Assembly (NCBI GenBank): GCA_963794325.1
Contig: CAWCDG010000007.1
Coordinates: 256,001 to 320,000, forward strand
Reading direction: 5' to 3'
Length of the DNA: 64,000 nucleotides
DNA from: an uncultured delta proteobacterium
GTDB taxonomy: Bacteria > Desulfobacterota > Binatia > Binatales > Binataceae
Below are positions 37,838-47,988 of this stretch, piece after piece. A program made the translations under genes and the position numbers. The number at the start of each line of letters is the position of its first letter. The first letter of the stretch is position 1. The notes beneath the pieces are model-generated. The model worked only from the letters and a program-made list of their open reading frames with translations. It did not search any database and was not told the origin of the DNA.

Positions 37838-39069
37838 TGCCGAAGATTTCCTACCGCGTGCGGCCGGAGACCGCCGTACTGACCCGCGGCTTCGACCCGG
37901 AGTTGTCGGTCGGATCGGCGCGGCCGCCGGTCTATCGCAGCTCGACCTTCGTGTTTCCAAGTCCGGAGGCGGCCGAGCGCGCGTTTGGAATCGTGCTCGG
38001 GAAAATCCGACCGCTCGGTGACGATCGTCCCGACCTGATTTACGCGCGGCTGAATCATCCGAACGCTGAAATCCTCGAAGAGCAACTTGTACCGCTCGAG
38101 CGTGGCGCCAACTCCGCCGCGATTTTCAATTCCGGCATGGCCGCGATTTTCACTGTGATGCTCACGTTCATCGAACGGGGCGGATCGCTCATCTATACGC
38201 AGCCGCTGTATGGCGGGAGCCAGCACCTGATTCACCAGGTGATCGAGCCGCTCGGGTTCGAGGCGCGCGGCGTGCCTGCCGGCAATACGAAGGCGCTGAG
38301 CGAGGCGATTGAGAATGCGAACAATCTGAGCCTCGTGCTGATCGAGACGCCTGCGAATCCCACGCTGGTGATGACCGATATCGCGCAGGCGGCTGCCGCG
38401 ATTCGCAAGCGGCAGAAGCGCGCCCTGCTCGCAATCGACAACACTCTGCTTGGCCCGACGTTTCAGCATCCGCTGATTCATGGCGCGGACCTCGCGATTT
38501 ACTCGGCTACGAAGTTCCTCGGCGGATTCAGCGATTTGCTGGCCGGCGCGGTGTTGGCGACTGATCCAGAATTGATTCAGACGCTCACCGGGATGCGCGC
38601 GCTGCTCGGTAATATCCTGCAGGCGGACGAGTGCTGGATGCTTGATTCGCGGCTGTCGACCGTCGCGCTGCGGATGAACCGGCAAAGCAAGAACGCGCAG
38701 CGAATCGCCGAGCAGTTGGCCAAGAATCCGCGCGTCAAGCGCGTCATTTATCCGTCGCTGTTCACTGACGAGGCGCAGATAAAGATTCGCGACGCGCAGA
38801 CCGATTACCCCGGATCGCTGGTGTCGCTGGAGGTCGAGGGCGGAAAGACCGGCGCGTTTGAATTCCTGCGCCGTCTGAAGATCGCGAAAAATGCCGTCAG
38901 CCTCGGCGGCGTCGAAACTCTCGTATGCCATCCGATGACGACCACTCACAGCGAGCTATCGCCCGAAGAGTTGTCCGCCGCCGGAATCACCGAGTCGCTG
39001 GTGCGCATCTCGGTCGGCACCGAGCATTGGCGCGACTTGCTCGAGGAATTTACCCGAGCGCTCGCTTGA
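37837..39069 (+). CDS. cystathionine gamma-synthase/methionine gamma-lyase family PLP enzyme
   Basis: YARLNHPN, SGMAAI, ETPANPT, SATKFLGG, AVSLGG, RISVG; TGATG overlap with the upstream gene. Confidence 0.92.
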   Translation: MPKISYRVRPETAVLTRGFDPELSVGSARPPVYRSSTFVFPSPEAAERAFGIVLGKIRPLGDDRPDLIYARLNHPNAEILEEQLVPLERGANSAAIFNSGMAAIFTVMLTFIERGGSLIYTQPLYGGSQHLIHQVIEPLGFEARGVPAGNTKALSEAIENANNLSLVLIETPANPTLVMTDIAQAAAAIRKRQKRALLAIDNTLLGPTFQHPLIHGADLAIYSATKFLGGFSDLLAGAVLATDPELIQTLTGMRALLGNILQADECWMLDSRLSTVALRMNRQSKNAQRIAEQLAKNPRVKRVIYPSLFTDEAQIKIRDAQTDYPGSLVSLEVEGGKTGAFEFLRRLKIAKNAVSLGGVETLVCHPMTTTHSELSPEELSAAGITESLVRISVGTEHWRDLLEEFTRALA

Positions 39070-39081
39070 GCAGTCAGTTCA

Positions 39082-39435
39082 TCAGGTCCGAATCTCCTCC
39101 AAGCGGCCGGTGTGATTGGAAATTCCTGAGCGCAGGCTATCGGCGTCGATGCCGAGAGCCTCGCAGACGCTGAGGAACGCAAACGGGCCGCATTCGTCGT
39201 CGCAGCTCAGCCATTCGGCTGCCTCGACGAAGTCCTCGTTGTTGTGCGCAGCATCGTTGTCGCGATGTCGCAGGTAGGTTCGGATCGCATCTTCAAGAAC
39301 GGCGAACAGCAGCTTGCGTTCGCCTTCTGCCGGCAGCTTCCGTCGTCGAGTCTCCCCGTACTGAACCGGCAGGATGCCCACGGCGCTGAATACGTTTGGC
39401 AAGTCGTCGTGGGCGGCGTATGTGGTGGCTTCCAT
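39082..39435 (-). CDS. small acidic helical protein of unknown function
   Basis: ILPVQY...GERKLLFAVLEDAIRTY...EAAEWL...PFAFLSVCEALGIDADSLR; GGAGG RBS. Confidence 0.8.
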   Translation of the reverse strand: MEATTYAAHDDLPNVFSAVGILPVQYGETRRRKLPAEGERKLLFAVLEDAIRTYLRHRDNDAAHNNEDFVEAAEWLSCDDECGPFAFLSVCEALGIDADSLRSGISNHTGRLEEIRT

Positions 39436-39483
39436 GATTTCCCTCCGCATTTTCAGCTCGACTGTTCGAGCCTCACCAGTGTC

Positions 39484-39499
39484 AGCAAAAGCGCTGCCA
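39484..39499 (-). promoter_or_regulatory. sigma54 -24/-12 promoter
   Basis: Minus strand reads TGGCAGCGCTTTTGCT (GG-N10-GC). Confidence 0.8.
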
Positions 39500-39603
39500 A
39501 CGGAATCGCAGTAAAAATGCCACGATCTATCGACATTTTTACCGACCGGCGGGAAACTCGGAAAATTTTTCAGACTGAGCTATCGAGCGGGTTTCCGATC
39601 AGA

Positions 39604-40239
39604 TCAGATCAATTTCATCTCCGTGACGGCTTCGAGTTCCGCAATTGCTTGTGGGCCGCTCTCGACTTTGATCGTCGTCATACCGAGAGCGCGAGCGGGT
39701 TTCAGATTGCCGCCGAGGTCGTCGAGATAGACGCAAGCGTCCGGCGACACGCCGAGCTTCTCGCACATCATCAGGTAGATGCGCGGATCGGGTTTGCGAA
39801 TTCCAATCTTTGAAGACTCGATCAAAGCATCGAACAGTTCCATGATCTCGCGCGAATAGATTGAGCGGCTGCTGGCGACGGCGGCGCTCGCATCCGCCGG
39901 CATGTTGTTGGTGATGCAACCGGTCTTGAACCTGGGCTTGATGCGTCGGAGCGCTTCGATCATCTCGGGGCGGAAGTCGCCGGCCAGCAGCGCGACGACG
40001 TCGCGTCCTGGAATCCGGTAGCCGAGCAGGCGGGCTTCCTCCGCGAACGCCGCGTCGAAACCGGCGAAGTCGATTGCCGAGCGTTCGAACATCGCCCACG
40101 CATTACTCTCATGATTGGTGGAATTGATCTTCCTGATAACGCCGACCGGTATTCCGCGTTCGCGCTCGTAGCGCGCAAAGGCTTCGAACGGCGAGGTCGT
40201 GAACACCCCGCCGAAATCCCATATCACTGCTTCAATCAC
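39604..40239 (-). CDS. HAD-IA family hydrolase
   Basis: AVIWDFGGV, ITNN, RKPDPRIY, YLDD. Confidence 0.92.
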   Translation of the reverse strand: MIEAVIWDFGGVFTTSPFEAFARYERERGIPVGVIRKINSTNHESNAWAMFERSAIDFAGFDAAFAEEARLLGYRIPGRDVVALLAGDFRPEMIEALRRIKPRFKTGCITNNMPADASAAVASSRSIYSREIMELFDALIESSKIGIRKPDPRIYLMMCEKLGVSPDACVYLDDLGGNLKPARALGMTTIKVESGPQAIAELEAVTEMKLI

Positions 40240-40270
40240 ATCACTCTCCGATTTAAATGATTCGGGGTCA

Positions 40271-40777
40271 CTACTGGAATCGTTCGACTCCCGGAAGCTT
40301 CTTCTTCAAACCGTCTATTTCTGAGTCGAGTTTCTCAAGCAACTCGGCGACCTTCTCGCGAGTATCCAGGGCGGTCAGCGTAATTCCGTATATCCCTATC
40401 ACTACGGTCATCGCGAAAAGCAGAAGTGCGATTAACCGAACCCCTGGAAAGTAGAGTCCCATCACACTGGGGAAGATCATCACCGCAATTCCAGTAAATC
40501 CGAGGACGAGCATCCCTAACAACAGCCGGAGCGTATTCAAGTAGAGAGCCTTGTCAGAGGATGCGTACAAAGCGACGCCGCTTCTTTGCAAGTTAAGCTG
40601 CTTGATACGGTTCCGAATGCGCGTGAATGACCGCTCGGCAAGTCTATTCCGCATCTGCCGTATAGAGGCGCGAACGGCGGACCCAACACTCAACGCATCC
40701 GCAACGACTGCGAATATCGCCGCCAACAAGACGGCAATGAGTATCTCGACCCAATTGGCCGAAATGAAATTTAGCAT
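40271..40777 (-). CDS. 3-TM hypothetical protein, lower GC
   Basis: GGAGG RBS; three hydrophobic segments and a coiled-coil tail. Confidence 0.65.
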   Translation of the reverse strand: MLNFISANWVEILIAVLLAAIFAVVADALSVGSAVRASIRQMRNRLAERSFTRIRNRIKQLNLQRSGVALYASSDKALYLNTLRLLLGMLVLGFTGIAVMIFPSVMGLYFPGVRLIALLLFAMTVVIGIYGITLTALDTREKVAELLEKLDSEIDGLKKKLPGVERFQ

Positions 40778-40973
40778 CCAACCTCCAGTTGCCTAACAAA
40801 CATGAAAACAATTCTTCAGCTCGTGCAAGAGCAGGTCGCGGATCATTCGTAACGAATCCGGCTTTCGCAAGCGACCGCCGCTGGTTAACCCTCGCGATAC
40901 ATCGAGGTTGCGCAAATGTGATTCGGTTTGAGATGGTCAAGCTGGATCGAGATTCGGGGAGGGAGGAGCGGCA

Positions 40974-43242
40974 ATGTCGTACAAGCATCCGTCGGGCGAA
41001 GAATTTGGCGGGGTTATCGGGCGCACGATTGCGGAATCGAAACCCTGGTGGCCCGCTCCGAAGCTTGCGCAAGGCGCGCCCAACGTCGTGATCGTGGTGC
41101 TGGACGACAGCGGTTTCTCTCATTTCGGCTGCTACGGATCGACTATCGAGACCCCCAACATCGACCGGCTGGCCAGCGCGGGCATCCGATTCACCGGCTT
41201 TCACACCACCGCGCTATGCTCGCCGTCGCGCGCATGCCTGCTGACCGGACGCAATCATCACGCGGTCGGGATGCGCGCCATCTCAAACATGGACACCGGC
41301 TTTCCCAACATGCGCGGCGCGATTCCCCGATCGGCCGCGACGCTGGCCGAAATTTTGCGCGACAATGGTCACGCGACCTTCGCGGCCGGAAAGTGGCATC
41401 TGGCGCCGATGGCGGAATGCACCGCGGCGGGACCATTGCACAACTGGCCGCTGCAGCGCGGATTCGATCGCTACTACGGCTTTCTGCAAGCTGAGACCGA
41501 TCAGTTCTATCCCGAGCTGACCTCCGACAATCACTTTGTCGATACCCCCGGAACGGTTGCCGAGGGCTATCACGTCTCCGAGGATATCGTCGATCGCTCG
41601 ATGGGTTTCATTCGCGACACCAAGTCGTTGGTCCCGGAGCGGCCCTTCTTTCTCTACCTCGCTTTCGGCGCGACCCATTCGCCGCATCAGTCGCCGCAAC
41701 GCTATCTCGAAAAGTATCGCGGACGCTTCGATGCGGGATGGGACGCGGTGCGCGAGGAATGGTTCGCCCGCCAAAAAGAATTCGGAATCGTCCCCAGGGA
41801 TACGCGGCTCGCGCCGCACAATCCCGGCGTCAGGCCATGGACACAACTATCGGACAAGGAACGACTCTTCGCGGCGCGTCTGCAAGAGGCGTTTGCCGCG
41901 ATGCTCGATCACACCGATGCGCAGATTGGCCGCCTCACTGCATTTCTGAAGGAGCTCAATCTGCTCGACGACACGCTGTTCATCGTGATGTCGGACAACG
42001 GCGCCAGCCAGGAGGGCGGCCCGCTCGGCGTGCTCGACGAGATGCTTTATTTCAACGGCATGCGCGAGGATCTCGACAACGCCATCGCGCGGCTCGACGA
42101 CATCGGCGGACCCAACAGCCATTCGAACATACCGTGGGGATGGGCGCAGGCGGGGAACACTCCGCTCAAGTGGTACAAGCAGAATACTCACGGCGGCGGG
42201 GTCAGGGACCCGCTGATAATTCACTGGCCCGCAAAGATCGGCACGACCGGACAGATCCGGCGTCAGTTCTGCCACGCGATCGATCTCGCGCCGACCGTGA
42301 TGGACTTGCTCAACATCGCGCCGCCAACCGAGGTCGCGGGCGTCCCGCAAATGCCGGTGCATGGCGTCAGTCTCGCGCCTGCGCTGACCGATCCGAACGC
42401 GGCAACTGCGAGGAACACGCAGTACTTCGAGATGCTCGGACATCGGGGAATATGGCATCGCGGATGGAAGGCGGTGACCCATCACGAGTCAGGCACGCCG
42501 TTCGACGACGACAAGTGGGAGCTTTACCATCTCGATCAGGATTTTTCGGAGTGCAACGACCTTGCGGCCGCGGAGCCCAAGCGCCTCAAGGAAATGGTCG
42601 AGCTGTGGTGGGCCGAGGCTGAACGCAACGGAGTGATGCCGCTCGACGATCGCGGTGCAGCGATGCTGTTCCGCGCCGCGATGCGTCCCGGGTTGCCGAC
42701 CTCGCGCCGGCGGTTCGTGTACTATCCACCGATTTCACACATCGTGGCCGACGCATGTCCGTCAACTGCGCGCGGATGGACCATGACGGTCGAACTCGAG
42801 CATCCGTCGGGCGACGGCGATGGCGCGCTCATAGCTCGCGGCAGCAGCAACAGCGGATTCGTGCTCTACGTGAAAAACGGCAGGGTGCATTTCGACTACA
42901 ACTGCTTTCATCAGCACACCCTAGTCTCATCTGAGAGCCGGCTGGGCGCGGGCCGCCACCAGATCGCGGTGAAGATCGAAAAGACCGACAAGGCCACCGC
43001 CGCGCTCGCCGCGATGCTGATAGACGGCGTCAAGGTTCGGTGAGGGCCAAATCGCGAATCTGCTGCGCATAATCTCCAGCACCGGCATGGACCTCGGCCG
43101 CAGCCTGTCCCCGGTGAACGCGGACTATCAGGCACCTTTCAAGTACTCGGGCCGCATCGTGGAAGTCGTCTTCGAATTGCCGACCGGACCGCAAGATCGC
43201 GAGATCGCGGCCCAAGTGCGCGCAGCAATGACGCGCCAGTAG
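40974..43242 (+). CDS. arylsulfatase (Cys-type) with a +1 frameshift near 43035
   Basis: VVLDD, CSPSRACLLTGR, GKWH. After GTT>GT the frame continues GEGQIANLLRIISSTGMDLGRSLSPV..YQAPFKYSG to TAG at 43242. Confidence 0.92.
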
Positions 43243-43317
43243 GTAGCGCTCGCCTATGCGGGCCGGCGGTCACTGTCGTAATGTAAGAGGCGAAGATCAC
43301 ATATTCGGAGGAACGAG

Positions 43318-44136
43318 ATGGACTTCGCCGAAATCATTTACGACAAGAAGGACCGCGTCGCCACCGTGACGATGAACCGGCCCGAGAAGATGAACGCGTG
43401 GACGCCGAAGATGGGTGCGGAGATGCGCACGGCGATGCTCGATGCCGAGCGCGACCCGTCGATCGGCGCGATAATCGTCACCGGCGCGGGACGCGCGTAC
43501 TGCGCGGGCGCGGACATGACCGCGTTGTCGAATATCGCGGCGGGACACGCGGGCGCGCGCAGTGCAGAGGCGCCGGATGAATGGCTGGCCGCGCAGCGCG
43601 CGGACTATCGCACGTCGTACTCGTGGCCGCTGGCGCTCAATACGCCGGTGATTGGCGCGATCAACGGCGCATGCGTGGGGCTGGGATTCACCACGTGTCT
43701 CTACCAGGACGTCAGGATCGCGTCGGAGAACGCGCGGATGGGATTGATCTTCACCCAGCGCGGTCTTGCGATCGAGCACGGCAGTAGTTGGATGCTGCCA
43801 AGAATCATCGGGCTGGCGCGCGCGACCGAGCTGGCGATTACGGGCCGGCTGGTCGATGCGAGCGAGGCGCTCGAGATGGGGCTGGTAAATCGCGTCGTGC
43901 CGCAGGACAAGCTGATGGCGACGGTGCGCGAAATCGCGTCAGGGATCGCGTCCAAGTGCTCGCCACTCGGAGTCGCGCAGGCGAAGAAGATGATCTACCA
44001 GCATCTGTTCACCGACCTCGCGACGGCAGTGCGCGACGACGACGCGTCGATGGAGATGATGACGCGATCGGAAGATTTCAAAGAGGGTGTGAAGGCATTC
44101 GTCGAGAAGCGCGCGCCGAAGTTCACGGGCAAGTAG
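43318..44136 (+). CDS. enoyl-CoA hydratase/isomerase family
   Basis: MNRPEKMNA, GAGRAYCAGADM, AINGACVGLG, DFKEGVKAF. Confidence 0.93.
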   Translation: MDFAEIIYDKKDRVATVTMNRPEKMNAWTPKMGAEMRTAMLDAERDPSIGAIIVTGAGRAYCAGADMTALSNIAAGHAGARSAEAPDEWLAAQRADYRTSYSWPLALNTPVIGAINGACVGLGFTTCLYQDVRIASENARMGLIFTQRGLAIEHGSSWMLPRIIGLARATELAITGRLVDASEALEMGLVNRVVPQDKLMATVREIASGIASKCSPLGVAQAKKMIYQHLFTDLATAVRDDDASMEMMTRSEDFKEGVKAFVEKRAPKFTGK

Positions 44137-44148
44137 GGCGTTGCCCGT

Positions 44149-44382
44149 CCTAACCTCTCCTTGTCCGAGGAGAGGTCGGCGCGAGCCGAAGGCGAGCGAC
44201 GGGAGTGGTGCAACGCTGGCCGTCGCACAAAGCCTTGTTGTGCTGCTGTCGAGCGGCGAACTGGTGTCTCTGCATTTGAGATTAAACAAGTCCGCGTTGG
44301 TGGGATGTCTCGCGTTGCACCTCTCCCGGCGACACCGCTTCGCGGCTTTCGCCGACCTCCCCTCGGACAAGGGGAGGTTAGG
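44149..44382. repeat. inverted REP-like doublet (REPIN/MITE-like)
   Basis: CCTAACCTCTCCTTGTCCGAGGAGAGGTCGGCG...GGTGCAACGC pairs with GCGTTGCACC...CGCCGACCTCCCCTCGGACAAGGGGAGGTTAGG. Confidence 0.8.
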
Positions 44383-44405
44383 ATTTGGGCGCCAGGACGC
44401 GACGG

Positions 44406-44894
44406 CTACTTGTCCAGCGGGTGCTTGAACTTGCGGTCGGGGTGACGGATTGTAAGCACCGGGCAGGGGGCTTTTTGAACGACGCGCTCGGCGACGCTGC
44501 CCATCAGGACGTGCGCCAATCCGGTGCGTCCGTGAGTGCCGAGCACGATCAGGTCGGCGTTCTCGTTTTGGGCTGTGTGCAGGATTTCAAGGAACGGCGA
44601 CCCTACCTTGAGCTGGACCTTGACCTTGAGGCCGGCGCCCCGCAGGTTACCCGCGATCTTGTCGAGTTCCTTCTGCGCGAGCATCCGCTGCTCTTCGGCA
44701 ATTCGGCCCATCGCGCCAACGTCCATCGCCGGTCCCAGCTCCGGCGTCATCATCACCGGCGCGAGCGGCTGATCGACATGCAGCAGCACGATATCGGCAG
44801 AGAACTTGAGGGCAAGCTCCTGCGCGAAGCTCAGCGCGAGGTTCGAATCTTCGGAGAAATCCGTGGCGGCGACAATTTTTGAAAAGGTTGGCAC
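44406..44894 (-). CDS. universal stress protein
   Basis: FSKIVAATDFSEDS; DLIVLGTHGRTG..MGSVAERVV; start GTG 44894. Confidence 0.92.
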   Translation of the reverse strand: MPTFSKIVAATDFSEDSNLALSFAQELALKFSADIVLLHVDQPLAPVMMTPELGPAMDVGAMGRIAEEQRMLAQKELDKIAGNLRGAGLKVKVQLKVGSPFLEILHTAQNENADLIVLGTHGRTGLAHVLMGSVAERVVQKAPCPVLTIRHPDRKFKHPLDK

Positions 44895-45014
44895 ACAGGA
44901 ACCATAACGCCGCGACGGCGATGGTGGCAAGCGACATTTGCAGCGCGCGCGCACTCGACCGACCCGGTGGCGCTGCATTACAATTGACGCAATATCGTGG
45001 GAAACTGAGATTCT

Positions 45015-45392
45015 ATGCCTACCAGCCGCGGATTCGGGATTGCAGACTTCGAGCGCGCCTTCGACGAGTTCTTCGATGAACTGCTGATCGACCGATGGAA
45101 GTGCGGAACGCCCGCCGTCGAGTTCGAACGCGCGCAGGTTATCGATCATCGAGATCGTTACGAAGTGCGAGTCGCCGCGGTCGGCGTCGATCCGGCGAAA
45201 ATTCAGGCCGAAGTCTCGGGGCAGCGGCTGGCGCTTCATATGCCGGACCAACTTGGCGGCACGCTTGAGAGTTCGTTTGCTTTCTCCGATTCGATCGACG
45301 GCGAAGCCTCGACCGCAAAGTGGTCTGAAGGAACACTGGTCATCACGGTGCCGAAAAAGAAGGGCCGGCGAATCGCGCTGAAGGCGTCATAA
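45015..45392 (+). CDS. Hsp20/alpha-crystallin small heat-shock protein
   Basis: GVDPAKIQAEV...AKWSEGTLVITVPK..RIAL. Confidence 0.8.
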   Translation: MPTSRGFGIADFERAFDEFFDELLIDRWKCGTPAVEFERAQVIDHRDRYEVRVAAVGVDPAKIQAEVSGQRLALHMPDQLGGTLESSFAFSDSIDGEASTAKWSEGTLVITVPKKKGRRIALKAS

Positions 45393-45419
45393 TCACGCGC
45401 CAGAAAAGCCGCTAGCAAT

Positions 45420-47945
45420 ATGACCGACAAGAGCGACCTCATCGCTACCGACGCCAGCGCCGCGCTGATTCACGTACCGCCGGCGCCGGAGCTTGCCGCG
45501 TCTGAACTCAAGCGGCGCATGCCGCTCGATGCGGCGGCGCTGGAGCGCGCGGCGGCGAGCGATGGCGATGCCGACCTGTTCGGGCAGAGTCGCGCGCTCG
45601 ACGCGATACGGCTCGCGATCGGAATCGACGCGCCGGGGTACAACGTTTTCGTTAGCGGCCTGCGCTCGCGGCCCGAGCGCGAATCGGTCTTGCGCATTCT
45701 GAGCGAAAAGGCCGCGACGATGCCGACTCCCGGCGATTGGGTGTACGTAAACAATTTTCGCAATTCCGAATCTCCGGTTGCGATCTACCTGCGGCCGGGG
45801 CAGGGCGTCGAGCTGCGCGCGAAGATGACGGAGCTGGTCGCGTTTGTGCTCGAGCAGTTGCCGAAAGCATTTCGGCGCGAGGATTTCGATCAGGAGCGCG
45901 CGGCGCTGCGCGACAAATACAACAAGCGCGCGCAGGAACTGTTCGGCAATCTCGAGACGCGGGCGCGCGAGCGTGGCTTCGCGGTCCAGAGTGCGCCCAC
46001 CGGCCAGGTGATTTTCATCCCGCTGATCGACGGCAAGATGCCCGAGTCGCCCGAGACGCTGAACAAGGCGATGGCGGCGAAAACCGACGCCGAGCGCGAG
46101 CAACTGGCGAAGGCGCAAGGCGAGCTGCAGGACGAGCTGGCGACATTGACGCTCCGCCAGCAGGAGATGATGCGCGAGCTGATCGACGACATTCGTGCAA
46201 TCGAGCGCGCGTTCGCGGCGCGGATGATAACGCCGTCCGTGGAAGACTTAAAGCATCACTTTAATAATCCCGCCGTCGACAAATACCTCGACGAGGTTGC
46301 GCAGCACATGCTCGGCAATCTCGATCGCTTCCGCGAGCAACCGCCTGAGCAGGCGCAGGGGCAGGGGCCGAGACTTCCTGGAGTCGAAGAAGCGCGATGG
46401 TTCGACTACCAGGTCAACGTGATGGTCGACAACTCGGCCACGCGGGGCGCGCCGGTCGTGCTCGAGGACGCGCCGACCTATCGCAATCTGTTCGGAACGA
46501 TCGAGCGCTGGATCGATCCGCTGGGGCGGTCGGGCACCAACTTCACGCGCATCATCGGCGGATCGTTTCTGAAATCGCACGGCGGGTTCCTGGTGTTCGA
46601 TCTCGAGGACGCGGTGGTCGAGCCCGGCGTGTGGAAGACGCTCAAGCGCAGCCTCAAGTCGGGGCGCATGACGCTCGAGACTTTCGAGCCGTTGCCGTTC
46701 TTCTCGATGAGCGGGCTGAAGCCCGAGCCGATCGAGATCCACAACAAGGTGGTGACGCTGGGCGGCGCGTATCTTTACAACATGCTTTATTTTTACGATC
46801 CGGATTTTTCGGAGCTGTTCAAAATCAAAGCCGAGATGCGGCCGTCGGTGGCGGCTGACGGTGCGGCCGCGGCGCACTATGCGGCGCGCGTCGGAGCGCT
46901 GGCGCGCAGAGAGAACCTGCCGCCATTCGATGCGGGCGCGCTGGCGAAGATCGTCGAGTTCGGGATGCGGATGGCGGGCGATCGGTCGCGAGTGATCGCG
47001 ATGCTCGAGCCGATAGACGATCTCGCGCGCGAGTCGGCGTACTTCGCACGCGGCGAAGGGGCTCAGCGCGTGACTACGGCGCACGTCGAGCGGGCGCTCA
47101 CCGAGCGGATGCTGCGCGCCAATTTTATCGAAGAAGAAATCCGCAGGCTGATCGCGGAAGGCACGCTCATCGTAAATATTCGCGGCGCGAGTGTCGGACA
47201 GATCAATGGTCTGGCCGTGCTGGACGTCGGCGGATACAGCTTCGGGCGGCCGTCGCGGGTGACGGCGACCGTCGCGCTCGGGCAGGCGGGCGTGATCAAC
47301 ATCGAGCGCGAGGCGCGGATGTCGGGATCGACGCACGACAAGGGAATCATGATCCTGAGCGGATTTTTGCGCGCGCGATTCGGACAGCAGCATCCAATCG
47401 CGATGTCTGCTGGCATCTGCTTCGAGCAATCGTACTCGGGAATCGACGGCGACAGCGCGAGCTCGACCGAATTGTACGCGCTGCTATCGGCGCTGTCGGG
47501 CGTACCGATCCGGCAGGATCTCGCGGTGACGGGATCGGTCGATCAATACGGCACGGTGCAGGCGATTGGCGGGGTCAATCAGAAGGTCGAGGGATTTTAC
47601 CGCGTGTGCAAGGCGATTGGCCTCACGGGCACGCAGGGCGTGATGGTCCCGCGCACGAATGTTGCGAACCTGATGCTCGATCCGGAGACCACGGGCGCAA
47701 TCGAGCGCGGCGAATTTCACATTTTTCCGATCGATACGATCGATCGCGGCATCGAGACTCTGACCGGCGTACGTGCGGGAACCATCGACCAGCCCGGCAC
47801 GATCAACTATCTAGTCGATCAGCGGCTCAAAAACATGGCGAACATTCTGCGCGATCGGCCGATGGGTGAAACTCGCGTGGTGCAGGAGCCGGCGCCGAAT
47901 ACTCCCGCACCCAAACCACCTGCACCGCCGGAGCCGCCGCGCTGA
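45420..47945 (+). CDS. Lon-like protease (LonC/LonB type) with a degenerate Walker A
   Basis: GQSRA, DWVYVNNF, PTYRNLFG, GQINGLAV, FEQSYSGIDGDSAS, IGGVNQKVEGF (Ser-Lys dyad). Confidence 0.9.
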   Translation: MTDKSDLIATDASAALIHVPPAPELAASELKRRMPLDAAALERAAASDGDADLFGQSRALDAIRLAIGIDAPGYNVFVSGLRSRPERESVLRILSEKAATMPTPGDWVYVNNFRNSESPVAIYLRPGQGVELRAKMTELVAFVLEQLPKAFRREDFDQERAALRDKYNKRAQELFGNLETRARERGFAVQSAPTGQVIFIPLIDGKMPESPETLNKAMAAKTDAEREQLAKAQGELQDELATLTLRQQEMMRELIDDIRAIERAFAARMITPSVEDLKHHFNNPAVDKYLDEVAQHMLGNLDRFREQPPEQAQGQGPRLPGVEEARWFDYQVNVMVDNSATRGAPVVLEDAPTYRNLFGTIERWIDPLGRSGTNFTRIIGGSFLKSHGGFLVFDLEDAVVEPGVWKTLKRSLKSGRMTLETFEPLPFFSMSGLKPEPIEIHNKVVTLGGAYLYNMLYFYDPDFSELFKIKAEMRPSVAADGAAAAHYAARVGALARRENLPPFDAGALAKIVEFGMRMAGDRSRVIAMLEPIDDLARESAYFARGEGAQRVTTAHVERALTERMLRANFIEEEIRRLIAEGTLIVNIRGASVGQINGLAVLDVGGYSFGRPSRVTATVALGQAGVINIEREARMSGSTHDKGIMILSGFLRARFGQQHPIAMSAGICFEQSYSGIDGDSASSTELYALLSALSGVPIRQDLAVTGSVDQYGTVQAIGGVNQKVEGFYRVCKAIGLTGTQGVMVPRTNVANLMLDPETTGAIERGEFHIFPIDTIDRGIETLTGVRAGTIDQPGTINYLVDQRLKNMANILRDRPMGETRVVQEPAPNTPAPKPPAPPEPPR

Positions 47946-47988
47946 ACGTGCGGCCGACTTCTTCGCGGACGAGAACGAGAAACACCGG

